Below, one piece after another: positions 52,315 through 64,000 of a stretch of DNA of 64,000 nt (within the stretch, counting starts at the first letter, position 1; every line of letters begins with the position of its first letter). A model generated the notes under the pieces. It saw only the letters and a list, made by a program, of their open reading frames with translations, did not search any database and was not told where the DNA came from. The DNA comes from Malacoraja senta (Eukaryota). The stretch spans positions 1 through 64,000 of the forward strand of contig JAXLNO010000269.1 of assembly GCA_038087875.1 (NCBI GenBank). The letters are read 5' to 3'. Both the position numbers and the translations under genes were made by a program.

Positions 52315-52849
52315 GTAAATACATATAATCAGCTCTGCCCCTCCAACCTTCAAATGTAAACAGTGACGAATAAACCTTTAATTTTGTATACTACCTCAGA
52401 GCAGGGAAATTGTGGTTTTATTCCCCATCTGATGTTCCAACTCGAACAACACCTTCACAACTCATTAGAGGTATCAGATAGATCCACATCAGTAGATATC
52501 ATAAATGATTGGAAGCAGAAGTCTGGTCGGGTCAAATGCTTTCTCATACATCACAATTATACTGCAATATATGTGGAGACCTGACAGAAATTTTCTTCCC
52601 AAACAATAAAGTGGTTTTACTTCCCCAAACCATTGTTTGAATCCACCCTAAAAAAAGCCAAGGCAGTCTAAGACTCATGCTTTTGATGGTTCCAAAGACA
52701 AAATGCTTTAACATGCCTATTTCCCTTCTCTAAAGCCTGTTAAAATCTATGCACATACCCTAAACCATTTCAAATTCACATACCCATTTTTTTTTAAACG
52801 ACATTGGTTGCAAGTTAAAATTAATTTACTTGCATTTAAAATCCTTATA

Positions 52850-53190
52850 CGTCCCCGTCCCCAGTGTGTAGGCCACGACAGCGATAGGCAGCAGCAGGCC
52901 ATGGCAGCGGCGGGCAACGGCAGTGGCAAGGATAGGCAGTGGCAGCGGTAGGCCACGGCAGCAGCGGGCAACGGCAGCGGCAGGGGTAGGCAGCAGCAGG
53001 CCACGGCAGAGCTCCCCACCGGCCCCCGACAGGCCCTGCCTGAAGCCGTCCCCCTCCCCCAGCTGCAGGACGGTCCCAGCCAGCCCCCGCCTGAAGCTGT
53101 CCCCATCCCCCGGCTACAGAATGCTCCTGCCGGCCCCCGCCTGAAGCCGTCCCCATCCCCAGCTGCAGGATGCTCCCCCCCCCCCCCACC
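52850..53190. repeat. GC-rich tandem repeats (GGCAGC-rich array plus three copies of about 50 bp starting GCCTGAAGC)
   Basis: Visible periodicity; probably a transposon interior. Confidence 0.75.
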
Positions 53191-54691
53191 TGGAGATCAG
53201 TTTATCTTGCTTCAATCCCATGACCACATAATATAAACTAATGAAAAGACACATTGACTTACAAGTATATCCTTATGTCCTGAAGTCTACTTGCAGTTTC
53301 TTTCACGATAGAATCTTAGTTTCACACACTTAAACTAGACGTATTACGTGCCCAGATTCGAAATGCAAACTTGCTTTAGAAAATTCAAATGAAAAAATAT
53401 TCTATATGCAAGTAAAATCTAATTTCCATCTCATATTAAGCATGCTTTGACTGAAAACTGTACTAGTCTTTCAGGAAAAAATTACATTTAATTTAATTTT
53501 CAATTCAAGTGAAAAACTGATAAATAATTTTAGAAAAATTATACGCATTTTTAACCAGGACAGAAAATGGACAGAAAATTGTAATTCATAAAAACAATGG
53601 TGCAAAATAAAATAGATTGCACTCATATTTCAGCAGTATTCAGATCACACAATCTTTGACAGTCATCTTTTTTTATCCAAATCCATCAACCATCTGTTAA
53701 GCATTTGTACAAACTTTGGCACAAGGCACCAGTTCTCCAACAGCTCCATGCCAATCATCAGTGAAAGGGGAGGTGGAACCAAGCCCCCTGATCAGAGTGC
53801 TATAGCATTACACTATTCCAAAGTAATGTGGGACAGGCAAGCCAAACACTGGGTGATTCAGTGCTCAGCTTATATTCTACATTGGTCACATGACCCAAGC
53901 TATTTTGATAAGTATTGTATCTGCTAGATAACCTTTCATAGATAATCTCAAGTTCAGTACTGGCGAGTACCTAAAGAAAAAAACAAAAATAAATTAAAAC
54001 CAGCTTCCTTTGACAAAGTTGTCAAATGAGTGAAAAACACACATGTAAAGGCTGAACCCTTCCATTGGGTAAGGCAGAATTATTTAGAAGTTTAATTATT
54101 CCAAGATAGGAATTTTTCAGTTGTGTACAACCGAGAAATCTCTCAGTGTAACCAGCAGTTATTCAGCTAATTTTCTCCCCTTTGCTATGCTGAACAATCA
54201 GCTGCAATGGGACTAAGTATCTGATAACCACAAGATCTGTACAATGGGAAACAAAATTACAAGCCTCACTTCTGGTTTAAACTTTTATTAATATAATTTA
54301 AAATACTTAAGCATTGACCGTCATGCAAAAGATTTTAGAGACTCATTCGTTCTTTTGCAGTCTGTGAATGTTAAGATTCTCACCCATCTTTTCTTTGTTA
54401 ACTGTCGCTTAATTAAAAAAATAATTAATCCAGAAAATCAAGAACAGTAATCTTCACCTATCAGTGCCCAGTCTGTAGTTTAAGTACCTCTGAAAAAAAC
54501 ATCTTATTAAAAATGTTTGAACTTTGTGTAAAGACATTAGTATCCAGGGCATGCCAACAGCAGCCACTATTCAAATAAAATACACAAAATTAATATATCA
54601 TAAGACAGCAGGATCATATAATTGCAACACAAGAGCTTACACTATTTTCTTTCCAATGAGTTGCAAGCAGCTGTGCTGAAACTACTCTTAC

Positions 54692-57333
54692 CTGTCGTCT
54701 TCACCATCCACAGGTTGCATGGACAGTGGCAAAGTCTTTAAAGGAAGCAACGATGCAGAAGCTGGTAAGTTGGCGCTGCTGGCAATTTCCTGGACCAGAG
54801 CATTGGCTGCACTCAGCATGGTTTCTCCAATAGCTACCTGATGTACATTCAGTACTGACTGGTCTGCAGGTAGGCTGGAATCTTCCACTGCTTTCAACAA
54901 TGACTGGCCTGTAGCCGAGTACTGGGCAAAGCCTGTTGCCAATTTCCGCAGTCCTCCTTGTACTACAGGGAGGTTTGCATTTATTGGTATAGATGGCTGG
55001 CTACCATTCTGCACAGCAGAGGTCTGAGTGGTGGTTTGTTGTGGAACAGCACTTGCAGGTGCAGCAGGTATACTGGTGGATATATTTGACCCAACACTGG
55101 GAAGGTTGGCAGTAACAGTAGATGGTATAGAACTTATTCCGGTTATTTGTTGGTTGTTCACACTTTGAATAATATTCTCAACTCCTTGACTTTGAGGTTG
55201 TGTTAACAATTGTTGTATCTGTGCTGCTGTAGTTACTTGCTGCACATGCCCTGGAGCACTGCCCTGCTGTTGTACCATTCCACCATGCAGAGGTTGTCCT
55301 ACTTGTTGTACTGAGGAAGGTTGGGGATCACTTGCTTGCAAGCCAATCGACGCCGACTGGTTTATCGGTGGTGAACAAGACTGCTGTAACAATGAGATTG
55401 TACTCCCTTGTTGACCTGTTACCAGTTGCCCATTGGCAGAACCAGCAGGTGGCATCATTGCTGAAACATGTCCTACAGGTTGACTTGGTGCCAGTCCAGA
55501 TTGCACTTGTGCTAATACAGATTGTGCTTGGCCTGATGGTGCTGCTGATCCAACTCCAGTATTAGTCTGCTGCACAACCTGTGAAGGAGGCTGCATTTGA
55601 GAATGCTGCACATATTCTGTAATGACAGCATTTGCATTAGACGACATAACATGCTGTGTTGTTATCTGTGAAACTGGCTGTTGCTGAGGATATGACAGTT
55701 GCTGTGGCTGGCCTACAGCTGACAAGGTCTGTGAAGGTTGCTGCTGCTGCTGCTGAGAATATGGTAACTGCTGTGGAATTGGGGCTTGTTGAACCCCAGT
55801 TACATTACAGACATTTGTTCTACCAGTAAGAGGAGCACTTAGCTTCTGCTGCGAATGCATAATATCCTGCGAATGCAACTGAATTTGCGTAAGCTGCGGC
55901 TGGGGAACACTTTGTGGCAAAGGACCACTGCTGCCAAGATCTAGCTGCTGGTTGCACAACGTTTGAAAAGCCTGTTGCTGAGGTCCAGATGCCAAACCTG
56001 GTTCTCCATTACCAGCATTCTCTACATAATAACCTACTGCACTCAAAGTACTGCTCACCGAACTTCCTCCACTTGCGCTTTCCCGTTCCAGATTTGCATC
56101 AACGGCAGATTGCTTTACATTCTCCACTGTACGGTTCATCGACATGCTTTCAACGAGAACCGTGGCATTATCCTTGTCATAAAACTCAGTACAAACCCAT
56201 CGGCCCTTCTTGAATGGTTCAGTACTAGAATCCAGTTTCACAACTCTAAATCTAGAACTGCCAATTGCAGGCTGTTGGCTTCCTGTAGGCATTTGGCCTC
56301 CTGTTGCATTTGCAGAAGTTGCATTAGTAGAAGCCCCAATAACACTGGCCGTACCCCCAACAGTATTAGCATTGGAGCCACCAATGGTCCCAGCAACATT
56401 GATGTTTACATTACTATTAACATTGCTCACTCCACTTACATTTCTGGCGTTTCCATTGACTGGGGTGATGTTGGATATCAACGGTGCAGAAGGCCCAACT
56501 AAGCTATTCGCTAATCCAGGCATAGGTGCGTTGATGTTACTTTTTTCAGTACTGGTTGTAACATTTGCAAAAGGCGTTATTCCTCCTGCCGAAGGAGGAA
56601 TCCCAGCTGCGACACCGACCATCCCGGATCCTGATACCATCGCAGGGTGAAGATGGTGGTGGTGATGATGGTGATGAAGAGGGTGAGGGTGATGGAGGTG
56701 ATGTGGATGGAGACCGTGGATGCTCCCATTGAACAAAGTTGTTTGGTGCTGAGGCAGGCGAGGCTGATTCGGAGACAAGGCGCTGGGGGTCTCTGCATCC
56801 CCGACGTTATTTAAAGTTTCCTCCGAGGAGCTCCGCTCCGGCTCGTAGTCGGTGGCCCGAGAGACGTCCAGGATCTCGGAGGAGGACAAGTCCTCGGTGT
56901 GAGATTCGTCCATGTCGTCGTAGCTCTCAGTGTCCTCGGCGATGCTGTTGTTGGAGCCGGCGTTATTCTGCGCGGGGGTCACGCTGGTAATCTGAAAGCC
57001 ACTCTTTTTCTTCATCTGGGCCCCGGCCACGGACACCGACGGCGCAGGAGAGGGATGGAGGCTGAGGCTCTGCGGCGGATGCGGCGCGGACGGAGGCGGC
57101 ACCGACCCGGGGTTGGGGGGGATGGGCACGCCGCTGGGACTGGGGCCCTGTACAACAGCGGCCGAGCGCACACTGCCTGGCGGCATCTCGTCCGGGTGCG
57201 GGCGCCCGGCCGCGGCACCCATCAGGCCGCCGAGCGTGGCCGAGGAGGCTGCACCGGCCGCGCTGCTGCTCCGCCGAGGGTAGAGCGGCTGCGCCATCTT
57301 CCTGTCCGCCGCGCTTTCCGACTGCTGCATCAT
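54692..57333 (-). CDS. TSC22D1: TSC22 domain family protein 1, long isoform, first coding exon (partial CDS; TSC-box/leucine-zipper exons lie outside the window)
   Basis: Translation MMQQSESAADRKMAQPLYPRR...MKKKSGFQITSVTPAQ...NNSIAEDTESYDDMDESHTEDLSSSEILDVSRATD...His tract...SRFRVVKLD...EPFKKGRWVCTEFYD...VDGEDD matches vertebrate long TSC22D1. It ends at AG|GTAAGA (phase-2 donor at 54691), where the human exon also ends before SSSGASVVAIDNK. Confidence 0.95.
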
Positions 57334-58200
57334 CGCATTTAAAATTAAAAAGAAACCCCCCTCCCTCCCCCTGACTCTCGCACCTCCCAGCCCAGCCGAC
57401 TGCGGCAAACCAGCCCGCTCCGAGCGGGGGGCCCGCGGCTTTGAGCTGAGTCTGACCCACCTCCCGGGCGGCCGGCCGGCGTCTGCTAAACCCTCCCCTC
57501 CTCCCTCGCAAGTCAAAGGAGACGCCTCCTCCAACTCTCCTGCCGCCGGCTCATTTAAACGGGCCGCTGGGGGAGGCGGGGTGGGTAGATGGTGATGTTT
57601 CCGTCGGGTTGCAGAAGGATGCGACCGTTTGCCTTTTAGTCACAGGTAACGGTTCCAAGCCGGACACCCCCACCCCTCCCGCTAACTCAAGCCCGGCGCT
57701 GGTTCGGCGGCGGCTGCTGCAGCATCGCAGGCCTAAGTCCGGGTGCCCAGGAGGAGGAGGGATTTGCTGGCCGTTTCACTGCATCATTCAAAACTAGTAT
57801 GTGGGTGTGATGGGTGTAGTTGTGAGAGGGAGGGGAGGGAGGGAGGGGTGCCACCGTTCTCCGGACCGGCGTGGCTAAAGGGCAAGTTGAGGGTACGCGG
57901 CTCCTTTCTCTATTATTTTCCACTCACAGTCTCTGTCACTGGAAAGCTGAGCAAGATGGCGACCGCGCACGCGCATTGCCGTACACCCGCCCCGCGGACG
58001 AGGCAGACATAAAGCCGTCTGGAAACCAGGCGGGGACACCCGAGGCCTGGCGGAAAGAGCCGAGCGCCCCCCCGCCCGCCGACCAAAGAAGCCAATCGCT
58101 CAGTCCGCCGGACCTGATGGAAAGAGCCGAGCGCTAAGTTCCTCCCGAGCCCGACGGAAAAAGCCGAGAGGCAAACTTCAGGGCCGTGATTAGCCGAGTA
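56700..58200. promoter_or_regulatory. CpG island / TSC22D1 promoter
   Basis: High GC and CpG density. YY1 motif CAAGATGGCG at 57952-57961, NRF1-like GCGCACGCGCA at 57965-57975, GC box at about 58069-58080, CCAAT at about 58092. Confidence 0.85.
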
Positions 58201-58289
58201 GCTTCAGGGATGACTGTCGGAATTGTATTGATTAATTAATTCATTAAAATGATCGAACTCGGGAGAATTGCGTGTCTGCCGAGAAAGGA

Positions 58290-58520
58290 GAAATATGAGT
58301 CTCCCTCATGATCTCGAGTCACCTAGAGGCGTCAAACAGCGAAATGAGCCACTTCTGAAGTTGACTGGCCAATATAATGCAGGAGCCGCAGCAACCAGTC
58401 TGCACACACCATGCTCTGGAGTCACAGCGGTAACGTGGCAGTGACCAGATAGCTGACATTTACCAGGATATTGCCTCGGCTGGAATATTCGTAGGAGTAC
58501 AAGAGGGAGGGGAGAGAATT
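58290..58520 (-). mobile_element. DeuSINE 3' relic just upstream of the promoter
   Basis: TAATGCAGGAGCCGCAGCAACCAGTCTGCACACA...TGACCAGATA resembles 50060-50130 and the DeuSINE 3' part. Confidence 0.45.
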
Positions 58521-58974
58521 CATGCGTACAAAATTATGAAGGACCTCTACGGAGTAGTTAAAACGAGGGAGGCATAGACCTTCCAGAAATCAAGGCCATA
58601 GTTTTAAAGTAATCGGTTGCGGATTAAAATTACTCTTGAGAAAGTAGATGTTTGGAATTATCTGCCCTGAAGGTGGTGAAGGCTGAACATTAAATATATT
58701 TGGAATTAATGTGGATAAGTATTTGACAAATTGAGGAATTGAGGATTAAGGGGAATTGAAGAGGAGTTGAGAGCAGCATGGATTTTGAATGACAAGGCAG
58801 GTTTGAAGAGCAAAGTGATCTATTCCTGTTCGTATTTCTTGCAGTGGAGAGGAGATACGGACACAATTTTTCACAGGAAGGTGTTAGCGTTATGGAACTC
58901 GTTGAGAGGATAGTGGAGTAGGAAACTCGCATGGCATTTTATTCGCGGTGCTGTGTCCTTAAGGGTGATGGACC

Positions 58975-60000
58975 CAGTAACATAGAAAATAGGTGCAGGA
59001 GTAGGCCATTCAATATGATTATGGCTGATCATCCAACTCAGTATCCTGTACCTGCCTTCTCTCCATACCCCCTGATCCCTTTAGCCACAAGGGCCACATC
59101 TAACTCCCTCTTAACTATAGCCAATGAACTGGCCTCAACTACCTTCTGTGGCAGAGAATTCCACAGATTCACCACTCTCTGTGTGAAAAATGATTTTCTC
59201 ATCTTGGTCCTAAAAGACTTCCCCCTTATCCTTAAACTGTGACCCCTTGTTCTGGACTTCCCCAACATCGGGAACAATCTTCCTGCATCTAGCCTGTCCA
59301 ACCCCTTAAGACTCTTGTACGTTTCTATAAGATTCCCCCCTCAATCTTCTAAATTCTAGCGAGTACAAGCCGAGTCTATCCAGTCTTTCTTCATATGAAA
59401 GTCCTGCCATCCCAGGAATCAGTCTGGTGAACCTTTGTACTCACTCTATGGCAAGAATGTCATTCCTCAGATTTGGTGACCAAAACTGTACGCAATACTC
59501 CAGGTGTGGCCTCACCAAGACCCTGTACAACTGCAGTAGAACCTCCCTGCTCTTATACTCAAATCCTTTTGCTATGAATGCTAACATACCATTTGCTTTC
59601 TTCACTGCCTGCTGCACCTGCATGCCTACTTTCAATGACTGGTGTACCATGACACCCAGATCTCGTTGCATCTCCCCTTTTCCTAATCGGCCACCATTCA
59701 GATAATAGTCTACTTTCCTGTTTTTGCCACCAAAGTGGATAACCTCACATTTATCCACATTATACTGCATCTGCCATGCATTTTCCCACTCACCCAACCT
59801 ATCCAAGTCACCTTGCAGCCTCCTAGCATCCTCCTCACAGCTAACACTGCCCCCCAGCTTCGTGTCATCCGCAAACTTGGAGATGTTGCATTCAATTCCC
59901 TCATCCAGATCATTAATATATATTGTAAATAGCTGGGGTCCCAGCACTGAGCCTTGCGGTACCCCACTAGTCACTGCCTGCCATTCTGAAAAGGACCCGT
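58975..60000 (-). mobile_element. CR1 LINE RT and 3' end (relatively young)
   Basis: Open RT segment [24 protein letters not shown]...SKFADDTKLGG...RPHLEYCVQFWSP. Confidence 0.92.
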
Positions 60001-60424
60001 TACGAAAAATGAGATTAGCGCGGTTACCCTGGTTTAATGGCCACATACACGATGGGCCAAATTCTCCTTGATTCTATTCTGAGAAGTCTGAGAATAATTT
60101 TTAACAAGGTTACAAGTGAAAATATCTTCTACACAGCTCCATTTTCATGCACTTCCCTTTATCCCACAATTTCCTTAATATCAAGAAATCTGTTGATTTT
60201 TTAAAATCCAATCAAGGACTGAATCTCCACAGCCTTCTTGGGTCGAGAATTCCAAAGATTCGCCTACCTGGGAGTTAAAGAATTAACCTTTCATCTCAGT
60301 CCTAACTGGCCTACCCCTCCTGCTGAGACTATGACCCCTTGCATCAACCCTGTAAAGCACTAAGAACAATGTAAATGTTAATGAAATCACATCAGATTTT
60401 TCTGAATTCAAGAAAATGTATGCC

Positions 60425-60735
60425 TAGTCAGCACAGTGATGCGGTGCTATTGCTACTGCCTCACAGCTCCATCAACCCAGGTTCGATCCTGACCTCGGCT
60501 GTTGTGTGTGGAGTTTTCACATTCTCCCTGTGACCACTTGGACTTCCTCCGGGTGCTCCATTTTCCTCTCACATCCCAAAGATGTGTGGGTTTGTAGGCT
60601 AATTAGTATCTGTAAATTGCCACAAGTGTGCAGTGGGATAACTGGTGTGAATGGTTGATTAATGGTCGGCGTCGACTCCGTGGGCCGAAGGGCCTGTTTC
60701 CATGCTGTATCTCCAAACTAAACCAAATTAAACTA
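60425..60735 (+). mobile_element. HE1-type SINE
   Basis: B box GGTTCGATCC, V-domain, CTAAA tail. Confidence 0.75.
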
Positions 60736-62879
60736 GTCCATTCAATATGTCCTCACAGGGCAAATTTGTCTTTGTAGAAACAACCTGATGAATCATTGTT
60801 GTACTCCCACTATGTCAAGTACATAAGGAAATTAAAACTGTTCAGCATATCCTCGTATCAAATTCCTCGTATGTTGCAAAACATACTTGGCTAATAAAGT
60901 ATGATTATGATACTCTAAGCGTAGTCTCACTAAGGCCCCTTGTACAACATGTTTACTACAACACTCAGTACAACATGTTTATTCCTCCACTCAAATCCAA
61001 TTGTAATGAATGGCAAATTTGCCTTGCATTAAAGGATAAATCCTCTTCCAATAAAGACCAAAATAGTACAGTGAGGTAATCTGGGTTTTTAAGTGGGCTT
61101 TAACTTCAGTAAAACATGAATGCCATAATGAACCTGTGAATAATGCAACTGTCTCACAGTTCAGCAACCTGGGTTCGATCCTGACCTCCAGTGCTGTATG
61201 CAATTTACATTTTCCCCTACTGCGTAGGTTTCCCTCAGGTGCTCCAGTTTACTTCCAAGTCCTAAAAGTGTGAAGAGGTAGGTTAGTTCACCTAACCAAC
61301 CAGTCTGTAAGTTGCCCCTCGTGTGTGTTGCTTGTGGAATTATCAGGTTGTTGTTAATGGATACAAGGAAATAAATGGGGAATGTTACATATGTGTCTCC
61401 TCTTCTGGTCCTAAATCTTGTTTGAAAAATGTGTTTAACAGTTTAGTATCCTTTCAGAGGGTTGCAATGGGCTACTTTCATTAGTCACCACATTTCTCCG
61501 ATGTCATGAACTCCAGGGGCCTGACAGATTGGTTTAAAAAAACACTTCAAATGTGATAATTGTCCTCATAACTGACTCAGTCACTGTGCATTATGTAAAA
61601 TACTTTGCCCATTGAAAATGTCAGCAAATTGTCATCTGAACATTGCACACTCAGATGAATCACTCCCCAACTCTGTGTCTTGCTTCTGCAGCCCTTGTAG
61701 TGATTATACTTCACAAAATATATAGCTATATGATGCTTTGGGATATTCTGAGGTGATGTAATGGTATATAAATGAAAGTTTTTTAAACAATCATCATTTG
61801 TGGCCATGCTGAAGATATAAACACAAAATGGCAATATGATTTCTTCATCCTCCATGCTTACATTCTACATGACATGTTAGAATTACAGCAAAACACAAAG
61901 TGCTAGAGTTACTCAGGCAGTGTCTGTACAGAGAATGGAAAGGCAATATTTCAGGTTGGGACCCTTTTTTTAAATCCCTCACCGTTCCCTCCAAAGAGTT
62001 ACTTCAGCACTTTGTGTTTTGCTCAAGATTCAAGCACCTGTAGTTCCTTATGTCTCCATGTTAGAATTACAGGTTACTTACACCAGAGGAGGAGGTAATT
62101 CGCCCCAATGAGCCTGCATCAGCTCCATGTAAATGCAATCCAGGTAATCCCATTTTCCACCCATTCCTCAGAGCCCTGCAAATACTTTTATTTCAGGTAG
62201 TTACCCAGCTCCCTTTGTGCATTCAGACCCCAATCATTCATTTCAAAAAAAAAATCCTCATGTCACTTTTGGTTCTTTTGTCAATCACAACGCTTCCATA
62301 TAGACAAGTTCTTGATCCTTCTGCCTTTGGGAAAAGGTTTGCTCCATCAATTTCCTTTACGTTTTTGAAGATTTCTATAAGATCTCATTGCACCCTCCTC
62401 CGTTCCAATGAGAATAACCCCAGCTTACTCAGGCAACCCACATAATTTTAGCCCCTCATTCCTTGAAGCATTTTGTTTAATCTCTCCTGAATGCTCTCCA
62501 AAGCCTTCTCATCTCTTTTAAAGCATAGCAATCAGAACTTGGTATAATGCACTTAGAAACTCCATGTGTACTTCTCTCCAGTTGGTAAACCAATCTTTCT
62601 CTATTACTCTTATTTAGCTGTTTCTCTTTCCAAGCTGCCACGGAGACTTTAATTTTGTTGACAACCCTATTTTGTTAATAAACCATAAATTTCGATGACA
62701 AATCTATTTTGTGGCTTTGTATTAAATGCCTTTTGGAAGTCCATTCACACTGCATCAACCCTTTATGTTACTCCATTAAAAATAAAAATCAATATGGCTA
62801 GACATGATTTGCCATAAATAAAACCATGCTGGCTTTCTCTACCCAATCTACTCATTCAAGAGACAGCTAATAATGGTCT

Positions 62880-64000
62880 TGATTATAGTTCATAAATTGT
62901 AGGAGCAAAATTAGGTCATTTGACCAAACAAATGTGCTCCGCCATTCAATCATGGCTGATCTATCTTTCCCTCTCAACCCCATTCTCCTGACTTCTCTCC
63001 ATAACCCCTGATACTAATCAAGAATCTGTCATTCTCCGCCTTAAAATGATCCACTGACTTGGCCTCCACTGCTGCCTGTGGCAATGAATTCCACAGTTTC
63101 ACCACCTTCTGACTAAAGAAATGTCTCCTCATCTCCTTTCTAAAGGTACATCCTTTTATTCTGATGCTATGGCCACTGGTCCTAGTCTCTCCCACTTGTG
63201 GAAACATCACATCCACTCTATCCCGGCCTTTCACTATCCGTCGTTCCCTTCATCCTTCTAAACTCCTGCGATTACGGTCTCAGTGCCATCAAACACTCAT
63301 TATTTGTTAACTCAATCATCCCGGATCATTCGCGTAAACCTCCTCTGAATCCTCTCCAAGGGCAGCACATCCTTCCTCAGATATGGGGCCCAAAGCTGTT
63401 CACAATTCTCCGAATCTGGTCTGACCAGTGCCTTATCAGCATTACATCCCTGTTTTTATAGTCTAGCCCTTGCAAAATAAATTACACATGCCTTCCTTCC
63501 TAGCAATTCGACTTGCAAATTAACTTTTTGGGAATCCTGCACCAGCACTCCAAAGTCCCCTTGCACCTCTTATTTCTGAATTATCTCCTCATGTAGAAAA
63601 TAGTCTATGTCTTTATTTATACTGTCAAAATGCATGACTCCACACTTTGCTATGCTGTATTCCATCTGCCACTTCTTTGCCCACTCTCCCAGCCTGTCCA
63701 AGTCCTTCTGCAGTCTCTGCTTTCTCTATACTACCTGCCCCTCCACCTATCTTTGTATCATCTGCAAACTTGGCCACAAAGCCTTCAATTCCCTCATCCA
63801 AATCCTTGATATACAACGTGAAGAGTAGCGGCCCCAGCATTGATCCCTGCGGAACACCGCTAGTCACTGGCAGCCAACCAGAAAAAAACCTTTATTGCAC
63901 TTTTTGCCTTCTGCCAACCTGCTATCTATGCTCGCATCTTCCCTCTGATACCATGGGCTCTCATCTTATCAAAGGCCTTCTGAAAATCCAGGTAAACAGC
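62880..64000 (-). mobile_element. CR1 LINE RT and 3' end (continues past the window)
   Basis: [25 protein letters not shown]...[11 protein letters not shown] and SGHSIRIKG...KLWNSLPQ. Confidence 0.9.

Noticed and set aside
55332..57511. Overlapping and antisense ORFs across the TSC22D1 exon
   Set aside because: Shadow frames of a GC-rich coding exon with no recognisable protein.
57334..57534. N-terminal extension of the 948-aa ORF in the track
   Set aside because: It starts at TTG. Homology to TSC22D1 begins at MMQQSES (ATG 57333), so this is 5' UTR. The final R-stop of the ORF is read-through into the splice donor.

Overview
Vertebrate genomic DNA, most likely from an elasmobranch (skate/ray or shark). 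This is inferred from HE1/V-SINEs, HER1/CR1 LINEs, SacSINE1-type DeuSINE relics and Penelope elements. The only host coding sequence recognised is the large first coding exon of the long TSC22D1 isoform (minus strand, ATG at 57333, phase-2 GT donor at 54691), with a CpG-island promoter at about 56.7-58.2 kb. The TSC-box/leucine-zipper exons were not found, so positions 1-54691 are probably all intron 1. The intron holds CR1, Rex1/Babar, L2, L1-clade and Penelope retroelements, SINEs, a decayed IR/DR Tc1 transposon, two hAT elements and one PIF/Harbinger MITE. Three things stand out. (1) Many Penelope-derived copies carry a minimal hammerhead-ribozyme core (CUGAAGA-stem II-GAAA-CGUC), three of them as short TSD-flanked insertions. 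(2) A CRX/OTX + MAF/NRL + RFX + E-box cluster at about 20.25-20.52 kb is followed by three sense-strand GTRAGT donors, a candidate photoreceptor promoter or alternative first exon. (3) A hAT element near exon 1 contains long palindromes and tandem NRF1 motifs. All repeat-family names come from recall of consensus features, not from database searches, and repeat boundaries are approximate unless TSDs or TIRs are cited.
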